Source: Candidatus Eiseniibacteriota bacterium | Lineage (GTDB): Bacteria > Eisenbacteria > RBG-16-71-46 | Assembly (NCBI GenBank): GCA_963707915.1 | Contig: OY970178.1 | Span: 3,200,001 to 3,264,000, forward strand | Reading direction: 5' to 3' | Length of the DNA: 64,000 bases | Shown here: positions 10,968 to 20,396 of the stretch, one piece after another | How the letters are laid out: each line of letters opens with the position of its first letter | Position numbering within the stretch: position 1 is the first letter of the stretch | Notes under the pieces: generated by a model | The model's input: the letters and a program-made list of their open reading frames with translations, nothing else | Told to the model about the DNA's origin: nothing | Database searches by the model: none | Translations under genes and position numbers: made by a program

Positions 10968-11921
10968 ATGCGTCGCGTTCTCGTGACCGGGGTGACCGGC
11001 TTCGCCGGCAGCCACCTCGTCGACTACATGCTCACCCGGAACGACTGCGAGATCTTCGGCATCCAGCGCTGGCGCAGTCCGCTCGAGAACGTCGCGCACT
11101 TCATGGACCGGATCACCATGGTCGAGTGCGACCTGCGCGACGCGTCCTCGACGCGCGACACGCTGGAGCGGCTGCGCCCGGACTGGATCTTCCACCTGGC
11201 GGCGCAGTCGTTCGTGCCCACCTCGTGGAGCGCGCCGACCGAGTCGCTCACCACCAACGTGCTCGGCCAGCTCAACATCTTCGAGGCGGTGCGCCGCATC
11301 GGGTTGCAGTGCCGCATCCAGATCGCCTGCTCCAGCGAGGAGTACGGCATGGTCTACGCGGACGAGCTGCCGATCCGGGAGACCAACCCGCTGCGGCCGC
11401 TCTCGCCCTACGCGGTCAGCAAGGTGGCGCAGGACCTGCTCGCCTACCAGTACTGGATGTCGTGGAAGGTGGACTCGGTGCGCACGCGCGGCTTCAACCA
11501 CGAGGGCCCGCGGCGCGGCCCGGTGTTCGTCGCCTCCGACTTCGCCAAGCAGGTGGCCGACATCGAGAAGGGGCTCAAGCCCCCCGTGCTCCACGTCGGC
11601 AACCTCGAGGCCCGGCGCGACTTCACCGACGTGCGCGACATGGTGCGCGGCTACTGGCTGGCGCTCGAGAAGTGCGAGCCCGGCGAGGTCTACAACCTGT
11701 GCAGCGGGAAGGACTACAGCATCCAGCAGGTGCTGGACCTGCTGCTGGGCATGACGAAGGTGAAGATCGAGGTGCGCGAGGACCGCCTGCGGCTGCGGCC
11801 GAGCGACGTACCGGTGCTGCTCGGCGACCGCACGAAGTTCACGAAGGCGACGGGCTGGGTGCCGGCGATCCCCTTCGAGCAGACCCTGCAGGACATGCTC
11901 GACTTCTGGCGCGCGCGGTAG
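10968..11921 (+). CDS. gmd: GDP-mannose 4,6-dehydratase-like SDR
   Basis: LVTGVTGFAGSHL, FHLAAQSFV, SSEEYG, PLSPYAVSK, FNHEGPRR, GNLEARRDF. Confidence 0.8.
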   Translation: MRRVLVTGVTGFAGSHLVDYMLTRNDCEIFGIQRWRSPLENVAHFMDRITMVECDLRDASSTRDTLERLRPDWIFHLAAQSFVPTSWSAPTESLTTNVLGQLNIFEAVRRIGLQCRIQIACSSEEYGMVYADELPIRETNPLRPLSPYAVSKVAQDLLAYQYWMSWKVDSVRTRGFNHEGPRRGPVFVASDFAKQVADIEKGLKPPVLHVGNLEARRDFTDVRDMVRGYWLALEKCEPGEVYNLCSGKDYSIQQVLDLLLGMTKVKIEVREDRLRLRPSDVPVLLGDRTKFTKATGWVPAIPFEQTLQDMLDFWRAR

Positions 11922-11931
11922 GGGCCGTCCC

Positions 11932-12909
11932 GTGGCGGGCCTGACCGTCCTCGTCACCGGCGTGAGCGGGTTCGTCGGTGCCCACCTCGCGCGCGCGCTC
12001 GACGCCTCGGGCGCGCGCGTGGTGGGGCTCGGCGTCGAGCCCGCGCCGCCCGCCGGGCTCCCGCTCGCGGGCTGGCACGTCGCCGACCTGCGCGAGCCGG
12101 AGTCGGTCGCGCGCGCGGTCGCCGTGGCGCGGCCCGACGCCGTGGTCCACCTGGCGGGCCAGAGCAGCGCCGCGCGCTCCTTCGAGGATCCCGCCGCCAC
12201 CTTCGCGGCGAACGTGACCGGCACGGGCAACCTGCTCGCGGCCGTGCGCGAAGGATCGCCGCGGGCGCGCGTGCTCGTGATCGGGAGCAGCGAGGTCTAC
12301 GGTCCGCAGCCGGAGGGCACGCGCGCGGCGGAGGAGACGCCGTTCGCCCCGGTGAGCCCCTACGCGGCCTCCAAGGCCGAGGCCGACCGGCTCGCGGAGG
12401 CCAGTGCCCGCGGGGAGCACGGTCTCGACGTAGTCCGCGTGCGCGCCTTCAGCCACACCGGGCCCGGCCAGACCGCGGTGTTTGTCGTGCCCGGCTTCGC
12501 CCAGCAGATCGCCGCCATCGAAGCCGGGCGGGCGGAGGGCGTGCTGCGCGTCGGGAACCTCGAGGTGACGCGCGACCTCTCTGACGTGCGCGATGTCGTG
12601 CGCGCCTACCTCGCGCTGCTCGAGCGCGGCGCGCGCGGCGCGGCCTACAACGTCTGCCGGGGCGAGGGCGTGACGCTCACCGTGGTGGCGCGCCGGCTGG
12701 TGGCGCTGGCCCGCGTCCCGGTCCGCATCGAGGTGGACCCCGCGCGCCTGCGTCCGGCCGACATCCCGTGGCTGGTGGGCGACCCCTCGAAGATCGCGCG
12801 GGACGCCGGCTGGCGCACGGAGATCCCGCTCGAGCGCACGCTGGCGGACGTGCTCGAGGAGTGGCGGGAGCGCGCGCAGGGTCCCGGCGGGACGGCCCCG
12901 CAGGCTTGA
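11932..12909 (+). CDS. GDP-4-keto-6-deoxy-D-mannose reductase (Rmd)-like SDR
   Basis: LVTGVSGFVG, VHLAGQSS, GSSEVYG, PYAASK, FSHTGPGQ, GNLEVTRDLSDVRDVVRAY. Confidence 0.75.
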   Translation: MAGLTVLVTGVSGFVGAHLARALDASGARVVGLGVEPAPPAGLPLAGWHVADLREPESVARAVAVARPDAVVHLAGQSSAARSFEDPAATFAANVTGTGNLLAAVREGSPRARVLVIGSSEVYGPQPEGTRAAEETPFAPVSPYAASKAEADRLAEASARGEHGLDVVRVRAFSHTGPGQTAVFVVPGFAQQIAAIEAGRAEGVLRVGNLEVTRDLSDVRDVVRAYLALLERGARGAAYNVCRGEGVTLTVVARRLVALARVPVRIEVDPARLRPADIPWLVGDPSKIARDAGWRTEIPLERTLADVLEEWRERAQGPGGTAPQA

Positions 12910-12935
12910 CCCGGCCCATGGGGCAGGCCTACCTT
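12906..12935 (+). promoter_or_regulatory. Sigma70-type promoter
   Basis: TTGACC-N18-TACCTT. Confidence 0.4.
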
Positions 12936-12952
12936 GCGAGCCGCATCGAAGG

Positions 12953-14029
12953 ATGCCCACCATGAAACCCAGCCCGCTCGATTCCCTGCCGCCGCCCGCC
13001 CGCCGCTTCGTCGCAGCCTCCATGGAGCGAAGGCGGCCGATCGGGGCGTTCGTGCTGTCGGTCATGGCGCTCTCCGTGGGCGTGGCGATGCTGCTGCCGC
13101 CCTGGTTCCTTGCGCGCTCGACCGTGCTGCCGCCCACCGAGGGGAACGACTCCTTCGGCATCATGGCGGGGCTGATCCAGGGGGCGGCGCTCAGCAAGAT
13201 CGGGATGACGACAACCTCGACGGCCTCGGAGATCTACGCCGAGATCCTCGTGAGCCGCACGCTGCGCGAGGGGCTGGTCCGCGAGTTCCACCTCGACCGG
13301 GTCTACCGGCGCAAGGGGATGGACCGCACGCTCAAGGAGCTGGGCCGGCACGTCAGGGTGGTGACCGGAAGCTCGGGCCTGCTGGTCGTTGAGGTCGAGG
13401 ACCGGGATCCCCGGCGCGCGGCGGACATGGCGAACCGGCTGGTGGACGAACTCGACCGCTTCAACCGCGAGACACTCAACACGCGGGCCAAGCGCACGCG
13501 GGAGTTCCTCGAGTCGCGGGTGACCGACGTCCAGGCGCGCCTGCGGGTGGCGGAAGCGGCCCTCACGAAGTACGAGCAGGAGCACGGCGTGGTCGCCGAC
13601 GCCTCCATCGTCGGGGGCGTGGCCTCGGTCATCGCCCAGAAGCTGAGTCTGCAGGTGAAGCGCGAGTACGTCTCCAGCTACACGTCCTCCGGCAACGCCG
13701 CGGTCCGTTCCATCGACGCCGAGCTCGCCGCCTACGACCGCGAGCTGGCCCGCCTGCCGGGTCTCAAGAACGAAGGCGCGCGGCTGGCGCTCGACGCCGA
13801 GATCCAGCGCCGGGTCTTCACGATGCTGACCGGGCAGTACGAGGACGCGCGCGTGCAGGAGATGCGGGACACGCCGACCATCACGGTGCTCGACCGGGCC
13901 AGTCCCCCCGAGCTGAAGTCGCGGCCGAAACGCTCGGTGATCGTGCTCGTTTCGACCCTGGTCGCGCTGTTGCTCTCCGCGGGGTGGGTGGGTCTGTCCC
14001 TCCGAAGGGCCGCGCCCGGCGCGGGGTAG
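12953..14029 (+). CDS. Polysaccharide co-polymerase (Wzz/GNVR-type, no kinase domain)
   Basis: N- and C-terminal TM helices, coiled coil, DRDPRRAADMAN, VLDRASPPELKSRPKR. Confidence 0.88.
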   Translation: MPTMKPSPLDSLPPPARRFVAASMERRRPIGAFVLSVMALSVGVAMLLPPWFLARSTVLPPTEGNDSFGIMAGLIQGAALSKIGMTTTSTASEIYAEILVSRTLREGLVREFHLDRVYRRKGMDRTLKELGRHVRVVTGSSGLLVVEVEDRDPRRAADMANRLVDELDRFNRETLNTRAKRTREFLESRVTDVQARLRVAEAALTKYEQEHGVVADASIVGGVASVIAQKLSLQVKREYVSSYTSSGNAAVRSIDAELAAYDRELARLPGLKNEGARLALDAEIQRRVFTMLTGQYEDARVQEMRDTPTITVLDRASPPELKSRPKRSVIVLVSTLVALLLSAGWVGLSLRRAAPGAG

Positions 14030-14159
14030 TCGTGCCCGTCCGGGCCCACCGAAACGCCGGCCCTCAGCCGGGATCGTGAGATCGCCGTGAGTCGGCCGGA
14101 CGCGGCGCGCGGTGGCAGAGGCGTTGCGCCGGCCTCGGAGGTCGTCGATCTTGGCTCTC

Positions 14160-15117
14160 ATGGCACCCGAAGCACTGCAGACGATCTTGGCCTGTCCAGT
14201 GTGCGGGGCGCCGCTCGCGCGGGAGGGGGCGGCGTTCCGGTGCGCAGGTGCGCGGGGGGGGGGCGCTCCACGTGTTCGAGATCCTCGGCTCGCATCCCGT
14301 GCTCGTGGATTTCGACGACAGCGTGCTCGACCGGGAGGGCGTGTTCGGCTCGGGCGGGACGTCGCTGGTGTCGCGGAGCATCGAGGCCCGGCCCCGGCTG
14401 CGCCGGCTCGTCGGTCTCCTGGGCAGCGGGCCCCGGAGAGGGAGCGTGACCTCGCGGGTCCTGGCCAGGCTCCGGCAGGGACGGAAGCGGATCCGAGTGC
14501 TGGTCGTGGGCGGCGCGACCGCCGGTGACGAGGTGCGCGAGCTCTACGAGGCGGCCGACATCGAGACGGTGGGATTCGACGTCTACCACTCGCCGCTGAC
14601 GCAGTTCGTCGCCGACGCTCACGCGATGCCGCTCGCGGACGCCACCTTCGACGGGGTGTGGATCCAGGCCGTGCTCGAGCACGTGGTGGATCCCCACCGG
14701 GTCGTCGGGGAGATCCATCGGGTCCTGCGGCCCGGCGGGGTGGTCCTGTCGGTGATGCCCTTCATGCAGCAGGTGCACGAAGGCGCGTACGACTTCGTGC
14801 GCCTGACCGAACGCGGGCACCGGTGGCTGTTCCGCTGGTTCGAGGAGGTGGAGAGCGGCGTCGTCGCGGGCCCCGGCACGGCCCTGTCGTGGAGCATCGA
14901 CCGCTTCGTCCGCTCGCTGACCCGTTCGAGGACGCTCGGGCGGGCCACGGGTCTGGCCTTCGGCTGGCTGGCATGGCTCGAGGGCCTGATGGCGCCGGGC
15001 CAGGTCTCCGACGCAGCTTCGTGCCTCTACTTCGTGGGCGCGCGAGCCGAACAGCCGCTCGGCGTGAAGGCGCTGGTGCGCGGGTACCGCGGAGCGCAGA
15101 GGTCCCGGAATGAGTGA
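14160..15117 (+). CDS. Class I SAM methyltransferase with a Trm112-like N-terminus; frameshifted at a G10 tract (14254-14263)
   Basis: MAPEALQTILACPVCGAPL..FRC in one frame; FEILGSHPVLVDF...VLVVGG, ADAHAMPLADATFDGVWIQAVLEHV in the +1 frame. G9 would join them. Confidence 0.8.
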
Positions 15118-16564
15118 GGGGACGGCATCCGTCACCCGCGCCGCGACGGCCCCCCCGCTGTTCCCGGCGCTGACCGCGGGAGCGCTCGCCCTCGTCGCCG
15201 GCCTGGCGGCGGGCGACCCGGGCTCGGGGCTGCTGCTGCCGCTGGCCGGGGTCCTCGGCTGCGGTCTCGTCGGTGTGATCGCGGCCCGGCCCTTCGCGGG
15301 TCTCCTCGCGCTGGTGTTCTCGCTGTTCCTCCTCATGATCGTGCCCGTGGCCGGGACGCACCGCGCCGTCAACGTGTTCGACGTCGCCATGATCCCGGTG
15401 CTTGCGGCGTCGCTGATCGGCGGCGCCCGCAGCGGCGCCCTGGCGGGCGACGCGCTCGCGACGGGGCCGGCTCACGACGCCATGCGCGTGGCGACCCGGC
15501 GCTTCGCGAAGAGCGCCATTCTCTATTTCGGCCTGGCCGCTCTCTCCCTGCCGATGCTGGCGATTCGCCTCGGGTCCGGCCCCGCGTTCGACTCGGGGTA
15601 CTCCCTGGTCCGCGTGCTGCAGGGCGCGCTCCTGTTCCCGCTCGGGTTGTGGTGGCTGCGCGACGAGCGACGCATCCGGTGGGTGCTCCACACCGTGTTC
15701 GCCGCGGCCGTTGCCTTCTCGGTGGTGAATTGCGTCTGGGTGTTCGGCCTCGGGGTCAGCCGGGCCGGCATCGTCTGGTCGGTGAGCGACGCGCGCGATG
15801 CCATCACCAGCCCCAACGAGGCGGCGGCGGCGCTGGTCCTGCTGTGGGCCCTGGTGCAGGTGTGCCGGGGCGTGCAGCCGCGCCGGTGGCACCTCCCGCT
15901 CCTCGGCCTGGTGCTCGTCATGCTCCCCCTCACCCAGTCGCGCAGCGGGCTGCTGGCCCTGGCTACACTGCTCCTCATGACCATGCGGCGGATACGCTGG
16001 CGCTGGGTGCTTGGCGTCCTTGCGTTCCTCGCTGTGGCGCTGCCGCTGCTGCCCGCGGTGTTCTGGGAGCGAATGGCGCACACGCTGACGCTCCGGCCCG
16101 GCTCCAACGAACTGTTCTCGATCCTGGTGCGCTTCTACGGCTACCGGACGGCCTGGCACGTGTTCCTCGACAACCCGGTCTTCGGCGTGGGGTACCTGGG
16201 CTACCGCTTCGTGAGCGTTCATTACAACGAATTCCATCTCCTCCTGGTCACGACCGAGAACTTCCTCCTCGAAACCATGGTCGGACTCGGGCTCGTGGGC
16301 CTCGGCGCGGTGGCCGTCGTGCTGTGGCGCCTCTACGCGCTCGGCTCCGCGGTTCGCCGCACGGCCCCCGCGGGTACGCTGGCGCACGAGCTCGCACGGC
16401 TGCACGGACCGCTGGTGACGGCGCTGCTGGTGGCGAACCTGACGGGTTCCACGTTCGTGGGCATGGTGGGGGTCGGACAGCTCGCGCTCTGGTGCGCTCT
16501 GCTGGTCCGGGCCGGCCACCTGGCGCAGGACGGGGCGCGGCGGCCCGGGAGCCCGGAGGCGTGA
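15110..16564 (+). CDS. O-antigen ligase/Wzy polymerase family membrane protein
   Basis: About 12 TM helices; SPNEAA, LTQSRSGLL, R..GY..AW..F..NPVFGVGY, ENFLLE..V..GLVG. Confidence 0.85.
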   Translation: MSEGTASVTRAATAPPLFPALTAGALALVAGLAAGDPGSGLLLPLAGVLGCGLVGVIAARPFAGLLALVFSLFLLMIVPVAGTHRAVNVFDVAMIPVLAASLIGGARSGALAGDALATGPAHDAMRVATRRFAKSAILYFGLAALSLPMLAIRLGSGPAFDSGYSLVRVLQGALLFPLGLWWLRDERRIRWVLHTVFAAAVAFSVVNCVWVFGLGVSRAGIVWSVSDARDAITSPNEAAAALVLLWALVQVCRGVQPRRWHLPLLGLVLVMLPLTQSRSGLLALATLLLMTMRRIRWRWVLGVLAFLAVALPLLPAVFWERMAHTLTLRPGSNELFSILVRFYGYRTAWHVFLDNPVFGVGYLGYRFVSVHYNEFHLLLVTTENFLLETMVGLGLVGLGAVAVVLWRLYALGSAVRRTAPAGTLAHELARLHGPLVTALLVANLTGSTFVGMVGVGQLALWCALLVRAGHLAQDGARRPGSPEA

Positions 16565-17789
16565 CCCGCGCGTGCTCCACGCCGGCCAGTGCGTTGGGCC
16601 CCGGCCGGGTCCCCGGCGCTGCGCGGCCGCTGCGCGTCCTGCAGGTCATCACCCGGATGATCGTGGGGGGGCGCAGGAGACAGCGATGCTCACCTGCGCC
16701 TTGCTGGACCCGGAGCGTTTCCGCTGCGAGCTGCTCACCGGCCCCCAGACCGGACCCGAGGGGGAGCTGCACACCGAGTCGCGCGCGAGGGGCGTGACGC
16801 TGCACGTCGAGCCGGTCCTCTGGCGCGAGCTGCACCCGGCCAAGGACGTACTGGCCCTGTTCCGGCTGGTGCGATTCCTGTCGCGCGGCCGCTTCGACAT
16901 CGTGCACACGAACTCCTCCAAAGCCGGGATTCTGGGACGGGTCGCCGCGCGGATCGCCGGCGTGCCGGTGGTCGTGCACACGGTGCACGGGTGGGCCTTC
17001 ACCCCGGGGCAGCCGTGGCCGGTCTTCCGCCTCTACGTCTGGCTCGAGCGCATGTGCGCGCGCTGGTGCGGGGCGCTGGTGGTCGTAGCGCAGCCGGACG
17101 CGGACGAAGGACTCGCGCTCGGCATCGGGCGACCGGGGCAGTACGTGCTCATCCGCTCCGGCATCGAGATCGACGTCTACCGCGAAGTCCCGGTCACGCG
17201 CTCCGCGGCGCGGCGGCTTGCCGGCGTGCCGGAGGCCGCGTTCGTCGTCGGGGCGGTCGGCCGGCTCTCCGCGCAGAAGGCCCCGCTCGACCTGGTGGCG
17301 GCCTTCGAGGACCTCGCTCGCGTCCGCGGCGATGCGCATCTCGTTCTGGTGGGGGACGGCCCGCTGCGCGGGGACGTGGAGGACCGCGTGGCGCGCTCGG
17401 GGCTCGCCGAGCGCGTGCACCTGCTGGGCCTGCGCCGCGATGTGCCGGAGTTGCTGCGGGCCTTCGACGTGCTGGCCTTGACCTCGCGCTGGGAGGGGCT
17501 CCCGCGGGTCTTCCCCCAGGCGATGGCGGCGGGGTTGCCCATCGTGGCCACGCGGGTGGACGGCGCGGTGGAGGCGGTGGTGGACGGCGAAACCGGCTGG
17601 CTCGTGGACGTCGGCGACCGCGCCGGGCTGGCGGCGCGGCTGCTCGGGCTGGCGGAGGACCCCGGACTCGCGCGAAGCATGGGCGAGTCCGGGCGCGCCC
17701 GGGTCGAGGAGTTCTCGGCGGCGCGCATGGCGCGGCAGCTCGAGGAACTCTACGAGCGGCTCGCCCGCGAGGCCGGACTGCGGTCGTGA
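16561..17789 (+). CDS. GT4 glycosyltransferase; frameshifted at a G7 tract (16665-16671)
   Basis: GTGA-coupled start; LRVLQVITRMIVGG then, in another frame, AQETAML; DIVHTNSSKAGILGR, VGRLSAQK, SRWEGLP. G8 would join them. Confidence 0.88.
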
Positions 17790-17844
17790 CTGCCGGGCCG
17801 CGCAGCCGCACCGGGCCGGCCGGACGTCTCCCGCTCCGCCCGCG

Positions 17845-19113
17845 CTAGACCGTGCGGTAGAGCGCGGCGAGCCGGGGCGCGCTCCCTTCGACGGCGAAGC
17901 GAGCGGCCGCCCAGTGGGCGAACTCCATCCGCCGCGCGGGCGCGAAGTCCCGACCGCAGAAACGCTGTATCCGCCGCCGCACGTCCTCCACGTCGGCCAG
18001 GTCGGGCAGCACGCAGGCGCACTCGGAATCGCGCATCGGGCCCGAGAAGTCGCCGATGCCCTCGGTCATCACGATCGGCAATCCGGACAGGACGTACTCC
18101 GCGAACTTGCCGGGCGCCGCCGCCTCGTTCATGGGATGCCGGTCGCGCAGCAGCAGCCCCACGTCAGCCGCGCAGAGGTAGCTCGCGATCTCGCCGTGCG
18201 CGACCGAGAGCACGCGATGGTCGGCAGGCGACACCGCGGCGCGCCGCAAGTGGGGCTCGATCTTCGCGCGATCGCCCTCCGGAGCGAGGACCAGGAAGAA
18301 CGCCGAAGGGCGGGCCTGCCGGATGAAGGCGAAGGCCTCGACCAGCCGTTCGGGGACCTGCCAGCGTCCGCGCAGGTTCCCGCTGTAGACAACGACGAAG
18401 CGGTCCTCGAGGCCCAGGGCGCGGCGCGCCCGGCCGCGCACGTCGGGGTCGAAGAAGAACTCCCGGTGGCTCGCCAGGGTCGGCATGACGTGGACCTTCT
18501 CCGCCTGCCGCGACGAGAGCGAGAAGCGCCGGATCATCACGTCCCGCAGCCGTTCCGAGACGCAGATCACCGCGTCCCCGTGCCGCAGGATGTCGCCCTC
18601 CGCCCGCTCGTAGTAACGGCGCTCCAGGGCCCACCGGGCTCGCAGCTGGAGCGTCGGCTGGTCCGCCTTGGATCGCCGGTAGTCTAGCTCGGCCAGGTCG
18701 TCGCCCTCGAGCTCTGCCACGACCCGCACCGAGGGCCAACGACGCTTGAGCGAGAGCGCGAGCCGGGCCATGACGATCTGGCGCGTGTGCACGACGACCG
18801 TCCGGTCCGGCCGCTCCGCCAAGCCGAGACTCCGTCCGAGCCCGCGCGCCGAGAGTCCCGGGAACAGGTTCCAGACGGGGACCTGGCGGACCTTGCCGCG
18901 GATGCGTCCGCGCACCTCCTCGATCCGGTTCGGCCCGAGGCGCCCGCGGCTCCGCCACGCCCGCCACGACGCGAGCGGGTCGGGCGAGACGCGCAGGCGG
19001 GTGACGAGGCCGACCACGAGACCCTCGTCCTCGAGTCGCCGGATCAGGTCAACGTACATGCCGGTGTGAAGCGCGTCCCCTCCCAGGTAGTAGCAGGCGC
19101 GTTCCGCGGTCAA
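17845..19113 (-). CDS. GT4-like glycosyltransferase
   Basis: TTG start overlapping the upstream stop (TTGA); VVVYSGNL..WQ, YLCAADVGLLLR, APGKFAEYVLSGLPIV. Confidence 0.82.
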   Translation of the reverse strand: MTAERACYYLGGDALHTGMYVDLIRRLEDEGLVVGLVTRLRVSPDPLASWRAWRSRGRLGPNRIEEVRGRIRGKVRQVPVWNLFPGLSARGLGRSLGLAERPDRTVVVHTRQIVMARLALSLKRRWPSVRVVAELEGDDLAELDYRRSKADQPTLQLRARWALERRYYERAEGDILRHGDAVICVSERLRDVMIRRFSLSSRQAEKVHVMPTLASHREFFFDPDVRGRARRALGLEDRFVVVYSGNLRGRWQVPERLVEAFAFIRQARPSAFFLVLAPEGDRAKIEPHLRRAAVSPADHRVLSVAHGEIASYLCAADVGLLLRDRHPMNEAAAPGKFAEYVLSGLPIVMTEGIGDFSGPMRDSECACVLPDLADVEDVRRRIQRFCGRDFAPARRMEFAHWAAARFAVEGSAPRLAALYRTV

Positions 19114-20396
19114 GCGGGCTCCACGCGACCCATCCTCCGGCCGCCGGCGAGGTCCTCGTACAGGCGGAGGTGGCGTTCGAGATAGGTCGCGGACGAGTAC
19201 TCCGCCTCGACGATCCTGCGCCCGGCGGCGCCCATGGCGAGACGCTGCCCGTCGTCGCGCAGCAATGCATCGAGCGCCAGCGCCAGCGCGGCGCCGTCGC
19301 GCGCCGGGACACTCACGCCGGCCTGCGGCGGACGGACGATCTCCGTCACTGCGGTGCTCTCGGTGGCGATCACCGGCGTGCCGCACGCCATGGCCTCGAG
19401 CGCCATGAGCCCGAACGACTCCGCCAGCGAAGGCATGACGAACACGTCGGCGGCGGCCAACGCTTCGCCCACGCGTCGCTCGTCCTCGAGCCAGCCCAAC
19501 TCGATGACCCGGTACTTCCCCTGGAGCTCGGCCAGTCGCCCCCGTTCCTGGAATACGACGAGGGTCGTCGGCGCGCACGGCTCGAGGCGGGCCAGGGCCT
19601 CGAGCAGCCAGGGGATTCCCTTGCCCCGGCGGTGCTTCTCCCCGGCGGGCATCCGGAAGGCGATGACCTTTGTTCCCGGTGCGATGCCGAGCCTCTCTCG
19701 GGCGGCCCGGCGGTCCGGCCGAGGCCAGGTCTCGAGGTCGAGCCCGAAGGGGATGACGTGGCACGGATGGCCGGACAGCAACGGGCTCGCTTCCACCCGC
19801 TCCCGCATCCAGCGCGAGGCCACCACCAGCGTGAGCGGTGCGCGGCCGTACATCCGGCGCTTCACCTTCCAGACCAGCGCGGTGGTGTCCGACCAGACGG
19901 TGAAGTCCCGCTCCAGGTCCGGGCAACGGCCGCATCCGGTGCGCCAGCGCTCGCAGTCGAGCGGGTGGACGCAGTGGCCCGTCGTCGCCCAGGGATCGTG
20001 CAGCGTCCAGACCGTCGGGCGCATTCCCGCCAGCCAGGGCACCAGCGGCAGGCCGACGAAGTGCGGGTAGGTCAACTGCCAGTGCACGACGTCGGCGGTG
20101 CGGAAGGAGCGGCGCAGCGGGAAGGTCGCGGCCATCGGCGAGAGCAGTCCCTGCAGGCTGGTGACGCGCTCGGCGGCGTACAGGCCGCGCTCCAGCCAGC
20201 GGCCGATCCGCGTGTGCCCGTGGACGCGCGGATCGGCCGACCGGCGGTGGACGACGAGCATACGGGAGTCCCAGCCCCCGGCGCGGAGCATCCGGTGGAG
20301 CTGGTAGCCGTTGAACCTCTGGCCGACGAGGTCGCGCAGCGTCACCTGTAGGATGCGCGTGGACGGCGGACGGCGGGTCACCGGGGCCGGCGTCAC
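19110..20396 (-). CDS. GT4 glycosyltransferase (WcaC-like)
   Basis: VWTLHDPWATTGHCVHPLDCERWRTGCGRCP; ADVFVMPSLAESFGLMALEAMACGTPV. Confidence 0.92.
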   Translation of the reverse strand: MTPAPVTRRPPSTRILQVTLRDLVGQRFNGYQLHRMLRAGGWDSRMLVVHRRSADPRVHGHTRIGRWLERGLYAAERVTSLQGLLSPMAATFPLRRSFRTADVVHWQLTYPHFVGLPLVPWLAGMRPTVWTLHDPWATTGHCVHPLDCERWRTGCGRCPDLERDFTVWSDTTALVWKVKRRMYGRAPLTLVVASRWMRERVEASPLLSGHPCHVIPFGLDLETWPRPDRRAARERLGIAPGTKVIAFRMPAGEKHRRGKGIPWLLEALARLEPCAPTTLVVFQERGRLAELQGKYRVIELGWLEDERRVGEALAAADVFVMPSLAESFGLMALEAMACGTPVIATESTAVTEIVRPPQAGVSVPARDGAALALALDALLRDDGQRLAMGAAGRRIVEAEYSSATYLERHLRLYEDLAGGRRMGRVEPA

